Positions 48,822 through 61,460 of a DNA stretch of 64,000 nucleotides are shown piece by piece. Origin of the DNA: Felis catus (Eukaryota); assembly GCF_018350175.1 (NCBI RefSeq), contig NC_058374.1, forward strand, positions 83,328,001-83,392,000. The letters run 5' to 3'. Below the pieces are notes generated by a model that saw nothing but the letters and a program-made list of their open reading frames with translations, was not told the origin of the DNA and did no database searches. The position numbers and the translations under genes are program-made. Position 1 is the first letter of the stretch. Every line of letters begins with the position of its first letter.

Positions 48822-49123
48822 GGTCATATGTGAAAATCTTTTATTGTTGAGGAATGGAAAGAGATGTCATAGTTTTAAATGTAGGACACTTACATTATCC
48901 AAGGGGATCTAGGGTCAATGCCCACTAGGATTGAGGGTGCTCACTCTGCAGTTTCTCCATCACGGTGAGGTAGAGGGATGGGGAAGGAGTCAAAGCACAG
49001 GAGTGTTACAAGGTGGGGGGTGGTGGGGGGCGAAGAAAGGGAAATGGAGCACGTGCAGCTGGGGGTTGGGAGGTGGGGGGCAGGTGTCTTCATGATGCAG
49101 CCCACGAGTCCAGAAGTGGAGTG
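48822..49123 (-). other. TAC3: TAC3 terminal non-coding exon (3'UTR), AATAAA at 48840-48845
   Basis: Acceptor ctcctcAG|CACTCCACTTC; resembles the TAC3 3'UTR as I recall it; 3' end approximate. Confidence 0.8.
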
Positions 49124-51291
49124 CTGAGGAGCAAAAATGAAATCACATCTTCTATCCTGTAAAACTCCCACCGACCACTCGTCGGGGAAGCAGTGGGGTA
49201 TGTAAGGGAGGAAAAGAGAACAGAAGTCTCAGCCCTCAGCTCTCCCTGTAGCCTTTGAACTGGAGGACTGAACTCTTCTAGCCGCAGGAGCTTGTTCCTT
49301 CCCAGCTGCAAGTTTACCATGCTATTTATTTATTTATTTATTTTTTAAGAGAGGGAGAGGAGCAAAGGGAGAGAGAGAGAATCTTAAGCAGGCTCCCGTG
49401 CTCAGCATCCCATGAGTCAGGCAAACTATAGCCCCATTCAACGTGCCTGGGTGCTGATGCTTCTCCAGGGTCCCCCAGTCCCTCCTCCTCTTTCCAGAAA
49501 CCTCCCAGAGGAAGAAGAGGCCCAGAGATCACTTCCTTTGTTAGCAGTTTCATATGAATGAAATCAGATGACACAATGATCTGTGTTGATCCATCTCACC
49601 TAATCTCCTTTAAATGCCAGCCTCCGGGGACTTTATGTGCTATTCTTCCTGGCACCTAACAGGTTGAGAATGCTCCATCAGTGGTGACATTATGAAGGCT
49701 GTAATTATGAGACTGGCCCCTCTGAAAGAGCCTAGATTCACCAGCGAGCATTAAAAGTAGATTTCCACAATGCACTTGTTTCCACCATTTGTATAAAATA
49801 CTATGGCAAAATTGCACTGTAATTATCTTTATGGCCGATGCATAACGCTGGGGGAGACTATGTCATCCAGATATAGCTGCCCGTATAATTATCTGGCGGT
49901 CGGCAGGACTGAAATAACCGTCTAATGAGAGCAAAATGATACGGTAAGTACCATGTAATCAGCGAGTTACGGTTATTACGGCTCTTTGTGCCCTCTCACC
50001 CAACACTGAATGGGGGGCTAGACCTAGTCTCTGGGCCCAGGGAGCCATGCACAGGCAGTTTCATCGAGAGCCATCGAGAGCTCTTGCTCCTCTGGTCTCC
50101 CCTGAGACCGGTGACTGCGGGTAACAGGGATACAGGGACAGGGACAGGAGTCTCTCTGTGCTGACAGAGGCTTCCCGATGCCTCTCTTTTTCTCCCCCCA
50201 CACCGTCTTTCTTCAGAATGCAAAGAAATCCATCAGTTGGGCCGCTATTGCCGTGTGGGGGAAGATGGGGTTGACACGGTAGTTTCTGTGTTTTGACTAG
50301 ACGCTTCCCTGGGAGACTCTCATACTCGAACACTAAGGGAGAGATCTGTCAGCCCACTCAAGCCCAGGGTCCAGCCGAGCCAGCTCTAGGCAGACAGACC
50401 AGAGCCAGGCAGGGGGGACACTGGGACATTACCCATGCCTCCCAGACGGCAGTAATCCTAACACAGCCAACACACAGCACTATGCACTGTGTGCCAGGTA
50501 CTGTTCTGAAGACTTTACCTACGCTCAATCCTCAAAAGCACAACCCTGCAAAATAATATCCCTCCCACTTTTCAGATGAGGAAACTGAGGCACAGAAGGG
50601 TTATATAACTTGGCCAAGGGGACACAGCCAGTGAGCTGCAGATCTAGGATTCAAACTCAGGCTATGCTCTTACCCGTTTTGCTACACAAAGCAACCAAGC
50701 TAGTTACACCCTGTTAAATTTCAGAGTTCCTTGCATTTCTTCCTAAAGCACTCTTGTGAAGAACTACACACCGGACCCAGTCACTGGAGATTCTGAATGA
50801 TCTGAAAGGTTTTAGCCCACCTAAGAGGCAGAACACTTTACGTACGAATTGTAATAATTGTAATTATTGTGCCTGTAATTTTCAGATGATGGTCTCTTCA
50901 TCTTATATGTAGATAATAAGAGAATGGAGTCCAAACAACAGAAGTTGCCCATCAGAGAAGCCACAGGAGAAGCCCCTCTCTCCCCATTCCCCACCACTAA
51001 TGCGTGCTCATGAGTCAGCCAGGGTCCATGATACAGGGGAAGAAGAAAGAAAGAAGGGTGTGTGTGTGTGTGAGCACGTGTGTGCATGTGAGTGTGCATG
51101 TTCTTGCAGACCAGTATGCACCTCTAAGTGATGGTGTTTGGCCAACAGTGTGCTGGGCACTGGCAGTATATTTTAAGGCAGATTTATGAGTATTAATGCC
51201 TGTAGCATCAGAGGAAATGCCTTTGTGGTAACCCCATTCCCCCCTCCCCGCTCCCACAGTCCCTTTCCTCTCCTAACCAACAATTCTTACC

Positions 51292-51365
51292 TCATTCCGC
51301 ACTGGGGGGATACTTGAGGGTGCCAAAGCTGGGGACATTCTCTTGGTTTACATCAATAGAAGTGT
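51292..51365 (-). CDS. TAC3: TAC3 last coding exon (74 nt coding)
   Basis: (D)[23 protein letters not shown]; donor 1 nt after the stop. Exons sum 114+109+30+54+74=381 nt = 126 aa + stop. Confidence 0.95.
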
Positions 51366-51761
51366 CTGGGGTAAAGTAAACAGTGTTGTTAGGAGAGATG
51401 TTTTTGAATGTGACCTTCACCCTGACCCAACAGCGAAGGGCTAGCTAGCCATGAAAGACAGCGTTGGAAGACAGAGTCGGGAACAAGAAGCACATTGTGT
51501 TTGGGAGATAGGGAGGAAACAGATTCCCCCAACTCCTTCCCAGCTGCAGCAGAACTATCTTATAAAGGTCTCCCCATTGTGCTCCTAGGGAGAGCTGGAC
51601 CATGGATCCAACCTGATTGGGTAGAAGGGCCAAGGAACCCTCACTGTAGCTAAGAAAAGTCCTGTCTTTCCCTCTGGTGACGAATATGAGGCACTTGACT
51701 TCTGCCATATCTTTGCCAGTAGTACCCTAAACCCTCCCACTGTACCTCCACACACTCCTAC

Positions 51762-51815
51762 CTGGCTGGCTGTTCCTCTTGCCCATAAGTCCCACGAAGA
51801 AGTCGTGCATGTCAC
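51762..51815 (-). CDS. TAC3: TAC3 exon encoding neurokinin B (54 nt)
   Basis: (R)[17 protein letters not shown]: mature NKB plus amidation Gly and dibasic site. Confidence 0.98.
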
Positions 51816-52307
51816 CTGTAGAAAAAGGACCAACATTGCCAACAGTGATAATGGGCAGTGGGAGTGGGGTGAGGGGGGAGAGATGTGTCAAGACTTCTGA
51901 AATCGGGTTTCTGACCTTTGGTTCTTTATCATGCCACAGCTTGTCCCCCGAGTTAGGGGAACAGGCTATCCCCTAAGCTCACCCTCTCTGCCCACCTCTC
52001 CCTCCTCCACACTTCAAGAATTCTCTGCCCCCACAGGTGCTTGGCTTAGAATCTTCACAGCCACCAAGAGATCCTCTTGGTTCCCAATGACCAGCTGATG
52101 AAGGGAAAGTCCACCACACTCCTCACACCTGCTTCCTCCTGGTTCCCAGTGACCTCTCACATCCAGGAAAGACTGGCTGAACAGTTGCAGCTGGCTTATT
52201 GTCTGTGCCAGCTGAGACGGGGCCAGCCAGAATGGTCACTGGGCCCCACGCCCATGGAACGCTAGCAAGCAGTCAGCAGAGACAGGGAGGGACAAGAGGC
52301 TACTCAC

Positions 52308-52337
52308 GTTTCTGGGGAAGTGGCAATTCCTTAGGAT
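52308..52337 (-). CDS. TAC3: TAC3 30-nt exon
   Basis: (D)PKELPLPQK(R); AG 52339-52338, GT 52307-52306. Confidence 0.93.
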
Positions 52338-52530
52338 CTGTGAAAGCAAGAACAATGTGTAACTGGGGAATAGAATCTGGAAAGTGACAGTTAGAGGGGA
52401 TTCAGGTCACAACCCTCAATTATTCACCAAGCCATCTCCAGTCTCCATCCCACCTGAAGGCTCCTCCCAAGCCTATTTAATGGTCAGAATCTTGCCCCCC
52501 CACCACACTTCCCCCAAGGCTGCTTCCTAC

Positions 52531-52639
52531 CCACGCTAGCCTTGCTCAGCATTTTGAGCAATCCATCCAGAGAGACTGAGCGGCTGTCATAGAGTTTCCG
52601 GAGCAAAGATGGAGGCAGCTGGTAGAGGTCCAAGTCCTT
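52531..52639 (-). CDS. TAC3: TAC3 exon 3 (109 nt)
   Basis: [36 protein letters not shown]; canonical splice sites. Confidence 0.95.
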
Positions 52640-52789
52640 CTAAGGGACAGAAACAAAGAGGGCTGAGGCTCACACCTAATCCTCTTACCCCTCCCCACAA
52701 AGAACAACCTCTTCTTGAGCCCATCACAGCTAAACCTGACATTTTGTTTCCTTCAGGATTTCCTCTGGTTTACACTGGAAGAGAAGTGG

Positions 52790-52950
52790 GCTCTCAAACT
52801 GTGGTTCACGGAACAGCAGCACCACTGCTGTGGGCTTGTTAGAAATACTTAATCTCAGTCTCAGTCCTACCCCGACCTATGAAGACAATCTGTGTTTTAA
52901 CCACGCTCCCAGGCAACGCATATACACAGCAAGATTTGAGAAGCACTGGT
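52790..52950. mobile_element. MER5-like MITE
   Basis: tctcaaactgtggttc...ttgttagaaat...atttgagaagcactgg. Confidence 0.55.
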
Positions 52951-55034
52951 AAAGAGAACACAGTGGGCATCCCTGTAGGCAGACCAAGTGTCCTGGTTTG
53001 TCCAGGACTAAGAGCTTCCCTGGGATGTGGGGCTTTCGGGGCTTACGCTTGTCCTGGGAAAACTGGGACAGTTGGTCACTGTCTCCCAAGCTCAAAGGAG
53101 ACTGTCCCTTAGGGCTCTCTCCCATCTCCTGCCGCCTCTCAGTGAGAAGGGCCATTGGTTCTGTTCTCCTTGGCACATCAGGAACCAGTTTGCCCAAGGA
53201 TGTGGTTGCCCCACTATGGGAGTGAGCCATGATTTCCACCATTCCCAAGAAAGGCCCATCGGACAGAGCAAGCATCCTCTGTATTCCATGATTGAGTCAC
53301 AGACAGGACTCAGTCCTCGGGATGGGTGTCCGTAGGCAGCAGGGGCGCATCTGCAATCCTGAAATTCCCCTACTCTGCAGTACGTTCGTGGATGTTTCTC
53401 TGCCTGTGGTTCCCACCACCTCTCATTCTCTTTTCTTCTCCATAGATTTCTGCCTCTGGTTGTCGCTCCCTCTCTCCTTTCTACACTGAATTTAGATTGC
53501 CTGGAAAACAGTGTGTTCAGAATGACACCTCCTATCCTCTACAACTGAACCCCATTCTGGACCAGGGGCTCTTCGTTGTCTTGCTGATTTTTTTTTTAAG
53601 CAGCCTGGGCACAGCAGGATGGTTGGTGGGCACACACCACACAGCCAGTTAGTTGCAGCTGCAGAGAAACAATGACAATGATCATGTTTGGAGATTCTCA
53701 CCTTGAATCTCAGCGGTGCCTCTCTCTCCAGAGCCCAGGTGTCCTTAGGCTCCCAGGCACACACACAGCACATTTACACAGATGCACCCTGCATATACCA
53801 ACCAGTTACCCGGGCACACATATACCCTGCCCTCATCTCACCCCAATTTCCCTCATCCTCACAGACCTTCAGGGAAAAGGGGTGAGATGGCAACCTCTCT
53901 CTTTCATTGACCACCTGGCCCAAGGTCTTGAAGCAAGCTCGCTTTAAAGAAATACAGCCAGATACTCTGACCATCTCCAGCTGGAACTGTGGGCTCTGAG
54001 CACAGTGTCCAGCCCATTTTTGGCACTCCTTGTGTATTTTTTATATTTTTGAACTGCTTCTGGTCTTTTGGATCTGGTGCAATGGCCGCCACCTGCAAGG
54101 CTGCCAGCCTGGCGTGCCCCGCGACACATAGGGATGAAGACTGATTTCTCTCTTTGCCCTGCGCACGACATCCTAGGCAGCCACTTTTCCCAAATTGTTC
54201 AAATATTCTGCCCACCTCCTGTAATGAGATGCTAAACAGATCTGAGCTGGAGAGGCAGTTAGACTTCACACACTGAATTTGTAATGAGTTCCACCTATAA
54301 TCATCTTAAAAGCATGTGTACCAATGTAATTGCTGCCATTTCAAAACCTTGAAAAGACTCCCTCCCTGCTCTCCCCCTGTACCCCTTTCCTGACAACTCC
54401 TGTTCTTTTTCTTAGAGAAACTTTGGAAATTGGGGCCTGGTCTGTTTCGTGGAGATTTTACCTCCTATCCTGACTAAGCAGAGGCTAGAGCAGGGCGAGG
54501 AAAAAGAAAGAAGAGGTTAGGGCTTAGGAACACCTGAGGTTACTGGGGGTGGATGAGCAGAGCCTATAGGAATTTATTTGAATTTTGAAAATAAAATAAT
54601 ACACGTAACTGATAGGTAAAATAGCATATAAATGACCATTTGGGAGAGAAATTCTGAGTATATTTCATACCATCCAGGGAGTGGAAAGGATCTGCCCCCT
54701 GTAGAAGGATGGCAACTGAGCTGGACCACCCTAGCTTACCCTTCACAGTATCCCTAAGTCACCGATCAACCAACCAAACAACGTATTGGTAGGGCACTTT
54801 TTAGGTACAGGGCTATCAAAGACACGCAGAGGGAGAGAGACACTTAGAGGCATCCCTAGAGACACTGAGAACGGGAGACCGCCAGAGAGTCAGAGAAACC
54901 CACCCTCTGATGGATAACCCGGGTAACTTCCACCCCACCTTCCTCTCAACAGCTGTGGAACAGGCAGGGCACCGGCTCTCATGACGCTGCCCAGGACTCT
55001 GCCAGAGTGGGCACAACCAGAGGGGGCGCCTTAC

Positions 55035-55148
55035 CTTGTTGTGGCCCCCACCGGGCACCACCTGCTCCCGTGAGTCCTCACAGACAGCCCCCAAACCGTG
55101 AACCAGGCTAATGGCCAGAATGGCTGCGAACAGCAGGGCACTCCTCAT
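55035..55148 (-). CDS. TAC3: TAC3 first coding exon (signal peptide, 114 nt)
   Basis: GCACCATG Kozak context; [38 protein letters not shown]; acceptor 55155-55154, donor 55034-55033. Confidence 0.96.
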
Positions 55149-55740
55149 GGTGCCTAGGAGGGCAGAGGGACAGGACAGGGGTGCAGGGAGGATGTGGCAT
55201 GGGTGCAAATGCAGGAGACATTATGCAACTGGCAGCCTGGCTTGATCCTGCTTCCCCAGCCCCCAGATCCACCCCCCAAGCCCTGTTCTGGGGAGAGTAT
55301 CTCTGAGCAGGAGGGCCATCCTTTGGGTTCAATTTCCCCACTCCCCCACCACACATCTCCCCAGGCTGAGCACCTGGCAATGAGCAATGTTGCAAAAGTG
55401 CCAGATGCTAGTCTTCCAGGGAAGATGATAGATCCGTGGGACACGCACCAGTCTGTCTTCATAGCTTGAGGAGGGATCCTGGATTCTATTTTCCAGCACT
55501 GGGTAACCCAGACTTAGGCAAAAACTTTCTAGTATTGGAAGGGTCAGTCTGAACCCGCAGGCTCCAAACATTACTGGTTTTTAAACCCTATCGGTGCTTT
55601 CCACTCACCTTCCCACTACCCTGCTCCCAGATCAAAAGCTGCCACCTTTATTCCCCCCGCTCCTTTATTCCCTCCTAACTCTGGCCTCTGTCCTTTGGTG
55701 CCAACTCCAGTCCATCCGACATTCTCCCACTCGTGCCTAC

Positions 55741-55930
55741 CTGTGGAGTAGCTTTGAGCCCAGGGCAGATGGTCTAGCAGGATCAGGGAGCTGGTCGGCA
55801 GCAGTGCCCACTCCCCACGCGCTGGTAGTGCCGCTGCCTCCCTCCGTGCAGAGAAACAGGGAGTGGAGGGGATCTGAGGATGTGGCAGGAACACCGGCCC
55901 AGCTCCCTGATAAAGGCTCTGGGAGGGTCT
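55741..55930 (-). other. TAC3: TAC3 non-coding exon 1 / proximal promoter (TSS uncertain)
   Basis: CCACAG|GTAGG donor at 55741; joined 5'UTR ...ctccacag-gcaccATG matches the TAC3 leader as I recall it. Confidence 0.7.
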
Positions 55931-56025
55931 GGGGGAGCCGGAGGAGGGGCTGTGAATCACCAATCCCAGGGTGGCTGGAGGGGAGGGGGGAGGCTGGTGG
56001 AGAAAAAGGAGGATATAGGCTGCAG

Positions 56026-56026
<1 letters not shown>

Positions 56027-56062
<36 letters not shown>
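56027..56062. repeat. (CA)18 in the TAC3 promoter
   Basis: Read directly. Confidence 0.97.
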
Positions 56063-56063
<1 letters not shown>

Positions 56064-56679
56064 CCACACAAACCCTGCAGTCAGCTGGAGTTATCCAGCA
56101 GCCCACTTTCCAACAGCCCCTGAGCTGGGCACACTAAGGAATGATGTTGTATACGCTTTGTCCCAAAATTCCCATGCGGGATCTAGCTCAATAGGTGTGG
56201 TCCTTGAGTCTCTTTCTACTCATTGTTCACCCACCAGCTCCTCACCCTTTAAACCTTCAGACTCAACTGCCAGGCCAGAAAAAAATCGGGCAGGTGCTTC
56301 TCTGGCCCTTCCACACCACCGGGACAACTAGGTTCAGGCCCCTGAGCATTGGGAGGTGAGTCTGGCATCCAGTCTCATTCTCATTTCTCCCTCTGTCCTC
56401 CTCCCAGCTGCAGCTGACCCATCACCTTGGTCCTCAGGCCAAGTGAGGGTCAGTACTTCTCCCCTGCTACTGAATGCAGAAACTTCCCGTGTCTGCCTCC
56501 CCCCAGCACTCCAGTGCGAATGCGTCTCCCCAGGCCACTCCCTCTCGACCCTTGAATCAGCCTGATTTAGTTGCATTCTTTCAGAGTTCTAACTTCTATC
56601 CCTTCTGCTATAATCTTGGAAAGGAGGAAGAGAACACTGTGGCCGAACTGCCCCCAAATCCTTGCCTGGCCTGGCCAGG

Positions 56680-56714
56680 CCCAGCCCAGCCCAGCCCAGC
56701 CCAGCCCAGCCCAG
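56680..56714. repeat. (CCCAG)7 pentanucleotide repeat
   Basis: Read directly. Confidence 0.95.
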
Positions 56715-57046
56715 CATTGATCTCTTAATTGCTTCTTTTTTTCTCACAATTACATGTTTTCCCAACTCTAGTCTGTCTCCCTGTGGCCCAGGCATCTTCT
56801 CCCCAGACATTTCAAGCCTCTCCTTCAATGGCCCACTCTGTTGAGGGTGCTTGTACTGCTCACTTCATTCCTAAGGTAGAACCCCAGGGGAGAGTCAGAT
56901 TCAGAGTAGGGATGGAAGGAGAAGATGCTGCTGAAGGGAAAGGGGTGGGGCGTAGGGGGAAGTGAAAGCAGCTTCAGAGCCATGTGTCACTCTTAGCATT
57001 TCCTATTTTTCAGGTGAGGAAATTGAGGCTCAAAATGTTCAGTCTT

Positions 57047-57392
57047 GGGGCACCTGGCTGGCACATTCGGTAGAGCATGCAACTCTTGATCTTGGGGTTG
57101 TAAGTTCAAGTCCCACACTAGGTGTAGAGATTACTTAAAATTTTTTTAAAATCTTGGGGTACCTGGGTGTCTCAGTCAGTTGAGCGTCCGACTTGGCTCG
57201 GGTCATTATCTCACGGTTTGTGGGTTCGAGCCCCACATAGGGCTCTGTACTGATGGCTCAGAGCCTGGAACCTGCTTCGGATTCTGTGTCTCCTTTTCTC
57301 TCTGCTCCTCCCCCACTCACACTCTGTCTCTCTGTGTCTCTCAGAAACAAATAAACATTAAAAAAAAATTTTTTTTTTAATCTTACAAAAAA
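57047..57392 (+). mobile_element. Short tRNA-head SINE (57047-~57150) with a full Can-SINE (57156-~57390) in its tail
   Basis: Two heads, one outer TSD (ttcagtctt). Confidence 0.85.
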
Positions 57393-60300
57393 ATTCAGTC
57401 TTGTGCTCCATGACACATAGCTTCTGGAGAAGAGCCACAAATTCAGTTTTGGGCTTTTTTCACTCCAAACTTCCCTTTCGTTTTACTGCAATGCTATGAA
57501 TTTTGACCAGTAAGGAAGCAGTTAACTCTCCCAGAGGAAGAGTTAGTTCCCTCTCCAAGAGACCTGGAGATTTGGGGACTTACACTCTACTACATCGTGG
57601 GTTGAGAAGAGAACTGCAGCAATTGGGTACTTACTAAAAAGACTCCCCATTCACCAGTGCCTTCCCCAATCACCCTACTTAAAATGACCACCCTTCTATA
57701 GCCCATATCCCCCTTCTGTTTCTTCTCTTCATCACTTATTACATCCAACATGCTAAATGCTTTACTTATAGCCTGTCTACCCCCACGCTCCACCAGAAAG
57801 TCAGCATCACATGGGCAAGGACTTTTGTCTGTTTTGTTTACCATGAATCCCTAGCTGTATAATGTTTGGCATATAATAGGTGATCAATAAACATGTATTT
57901 ATAAAACAAAAAAGGAACCCTGAGTCTTCCTTCTTGTATTGCAGCCCACAGTGTGGATCCTCCATAGAGCCTTTCAAGTGCTGCTAGGGTCCTGAAATGC
58001 TTGTCTCTCCCCTCCACACTCTCAACACCCCACCCACTCTAGGACTTGGTCCATACTGAGAGAAGTCTGCCTGCACATGGCCCCCCATTCACCCCTGAGG
58101 GAGGGCAGCAGCTGGGTCTCAAGGCTCCTTTATTATGTGAGAGGTTGGTGGGGCTTCATCTAAAGCTTCCCATTACCCAGCTAATTACAGGGGTGTCTGG
58201 GCTAATCATGGGCCAGGACCCAGTGTTGGGACCCTTTGGTGGGAAGAGGGTAAGAAGCTGGAGCTTGTCTACATGGAAATGACATGGCAGGTTCATGCCT
58301 TTGAGAAGATCAAGTGCTGATCCCAACTGGATGTAGCCATCTTCTACCTCCTCTCCTCCCCCTACCAATCTGGAGAAGGAAGTCCAAGCTAGGCAGGCTA
58401 GAGGGAACTGGGGGTGCAAGAGGAGTAGTGTTAGACTGAGGGCTAAGGACTAAAGCCTCCTGGGTCCCATTTGAGGCAGACTCTCTCTTTCCCCCCAACC
58501 CACCCGTCCCTGCCCCCAAGCTCTGGCATCAGGGAAACAGGGCTTCAGCAAAGGTTCACCATGAATAATGTCCTTTGATGATGCAGCATCTCACAGAGGA
58601 TGGCGGGAGCCAAGCACGGGGGGAGCAAGGGAATGGCAGGGAGAACTGATCACCCCTTGATCTCTGGGAGTAGCAAAGACTTGAAAGAGCTAATGCTAAA
58701 CTAAGCCAGAGAGGTGATGAAGGAGGGAGGCTTTGAAGGCTCGGGCAGGCAGGGCTTCATCTTGCCCACAGACCATATGCAAATGGCATGTAAAGTGGGT
58801 GTTGCAGCTACAGGGCACGTAGGGGTTTTTTCCTTTGACACTTTTGATTTGAGCCACCTCTCCAAGGACTATCACTGGCCTAGAGGAAGAGGGTCCCTAG
58901 CAGACCCTCACTCTGGAGCTCCTCCCCTTTATTGCCGCGGTTGGGGGGGGGGGGGGCGAGGAAAATGTGTGTTGCATTGAGCTGAGCTGAGATTGGATTT
59001 GTGGACTGTTCTTGGGGGTAGAAGTGGATGCTGTGTATGCAAGATGACCCGTATATGCCCACCATATACACAACTGGGGTGCAGCATGGGGGCTCCTTCA
59101 ACATCCTGGGAGGGGTGCTGCGGGGTGGGGAGGGAAGGGCCAGGGCTGGAGGTGACACTGGGTGGAGATACTAGAAAAGAATGGAAGGATGGCAACCCAC
59201 GCATCCTGCAGAGTCCCGCAGGCAGGAGCCAGCTGGGAGCCAGCCCTCGGAGCGAGGACCGGAAGAGCCCCTCATAGCCTACAGTGGAAATGAGCTAAGC
59301 CAGGAGGACCTAGCTCGAGCTGGTATGAGCTGACGTGCTAAAATGGCTCCTCATGGGGGTTAGGGGGCTCCAGGGTGGCTTGTGCCCCTCAGAAAAACAA
59401 CCCAGACTTTGAGAATGCTGGGCTGGCTGAGCAGGGAGGCAGCAGAACCTCAGCCTCTCCCGTCAGGATGGAGCCCTGTAAAGCACCATGGCACAGGTGG
59501 GGCAACCGAGCCCCGTCCTCAAACTAGCACATGACTGATGGAGGGGGGACAGGAGGGAGACCAGGACTCGAGCCCTCCCCCCCCATCCCATCCCCTCCCC
59601 AGTCCAGAGAGCTGACAGTGCCTTCAGCCCTGGGGAAGGAAAAGCAGGATGGGGAGCAGCAGCTGCATATTCTCCTGAAATTGCTTCTGAAAATGACCAG
59701 ACACTTCACTGGGAAAGTGACGACAATTTGGGCCCTGGGAGCAGGAGATGAGGCAGAGAGCGGGGGCGGTCAGGCTCTGATAACCAGCCCCCTCTTGCCA
59801 GACAGGATCTCCTCCGCCGGTTCTGAGAAGTCAAGGATGGGGGGAGCTGTGGGGGGTGACGGAAGGCTGACGGGAGCCCGAGCTACCCTCACTCAGGGCA
59901 CAGCCCCCCATCCGTCAGGGAAGAACTGACTCCCTGGGCCCTCTCCCAGCCCAGAGCAGGGTGTGCCAGAACGCGGGCTTGTGCTCAGAGAGCAAGACTG
60001 ATCTGCAGGCAAGAGGAGAAGTTAATCAGGTCTCCCGCCGGCATGATTACCTGGGGCCGTGAGCTGCCTGCCGATGGAAAGCCAGTGGAAGCACCGAGGT
60101 GGAGGGAAACCCCAGCCTCGAGGCACAGTGAGCTCAGTGGTGGAGACAGGGAAGAGGCAAGGAAGGTAGGGATCGTGAAAGGAGGGAGAGACATCCAGAG
60201 ACAGGAACAAAGGCAGCCATTTGTAAGCTCTCACGGAGCACATATCTACGTTTTACTGCAAACATAGGAGCTCCTTTTTCCCTTAAGGTAGAGACCGGGA

Positions 60301-61128
60301 TGGGTGAGGCTGAGACAACACCGTCTATGAGGAAACAGATATGAAGGGAGAGGGGAGATATTTAAAGCATTATACAAAATATTATGTATTAATATTAGAG
60401 TCCACAGAAATGGGGACAACGAGATGGTGTGAGACAGTTGAAAATCGAAAAAGAAAATAATGGTGATGACACAGGGAAAATAAATGAAGACAAGGGGGAG
60501 AGGGTCAGTCATAGGGGTGGGGGAGTCTGGGTCAGGGAGCCTCCCCCTGTCAAATGCCACCAGCTGCAGGCCCCAGCTGTGGGACAGTGATTAGCAAGAT
60601 AACTGTTGGCAGGAGCAGCCTGGCATCTCTGGTGTATGGAAAGGAAGGGGGTGTTGGGGGGGGCAGATGTGACAAAGCCCAGCGATGAGCTTGGGGATGG
60701 AGGGGGCAATGGAGCTCTGGGTGCAGGGGACGCTGCATTCCCCAGCTTCTTCAGCTCACGTGAGCCCTCCAGCCCGGGGCCTCTTTTTAGGCTAAATCTC
60801 CAAAGGATCCTAGTTTCCGCCAAGACAGGGATCCTCACTTCTTCCCTCCAGGGACACACTTAATGAATCAGCCCACTGGCCACCTGCGACCTGAGCCCCA
60901 TCGCTGGCTGCCCCACCCCCACCCCAGTGTCTCCAAACTCCGCCAGAGCTCAGCCGGTCAAGGAGCCCGGAGACAATTTCCCTTCTTTTCCATTCTTATT
61001 ATCTGCATTTGCTGGCTCCAGGGAACCTGAGGAGGAGAAAGGGGGTGGGGTAGCCGAAGTACAAGCACTGTGAAGGTGGGTGATCAGGGACTCACCCACA
61101 CTGAGCAAATATTTGGGAAGTCACTTGT

Positions 61129-61134
61129 TTTATT
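61129..61134 (-). promoter_or_regulatory. MYO1A: MYO1A polyA signal
   Basis: AATAAA ~200 nt after the stop. Confidence 0.7.
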
Positions 61135-61336
61135 AGTGGGCAAAGCAGCTGAGGGTGGGAGGATAAGTTCTAAGGGAGAGGGGCCCAGAAGAGTTTGGGA
61201 GAAGAAAGGTCCTCTTCAAGGGTTCCTCAATCTCTGAGCCCCACACCACGATCAGATCCTCCTGCAAACATGGGTGGGTGGGGTTGGCACGGGTCCAGAG
61301 AAGCTGCTGTCTCTGCATCAGGCCCCCACCTCTTCA

Positions 61337-61460
61337 CTATACAGTCACTTCCAGGCAACGGCTCCCTTTCTTCTTGCATTTTAGCTTGCCGTTCCTATCA
61401 CCCTCAGGGCCCTGGATGACCTTGACAGCCACACTACTCTCCTTGAACCTCACTGAGAAC
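61337..61460 (-). CDS. MYO1A: MYO1A last exon (TH1 C-terminus)
   Basis: (K)FSVRFKESSVAVKVIQGPEGDRNGKLKCKKKGSRCLEVTV*; TAG at 61339-61337. Confidence 0.93.

Noticed and set aside
55016-55029. CTCF-like ACCAGAGGGGGCGC next to the TAC3 exon-2 donor
   Set aside because: Only the 3' half matches; four mismatches in the 5' core.
55594-56331. 245-aa plus-strand ORF with an (HT)n run
   Set aside because: Crosses the TAC3 promoter and CA repeat; the low-complexity run is a microsatellite artefact.
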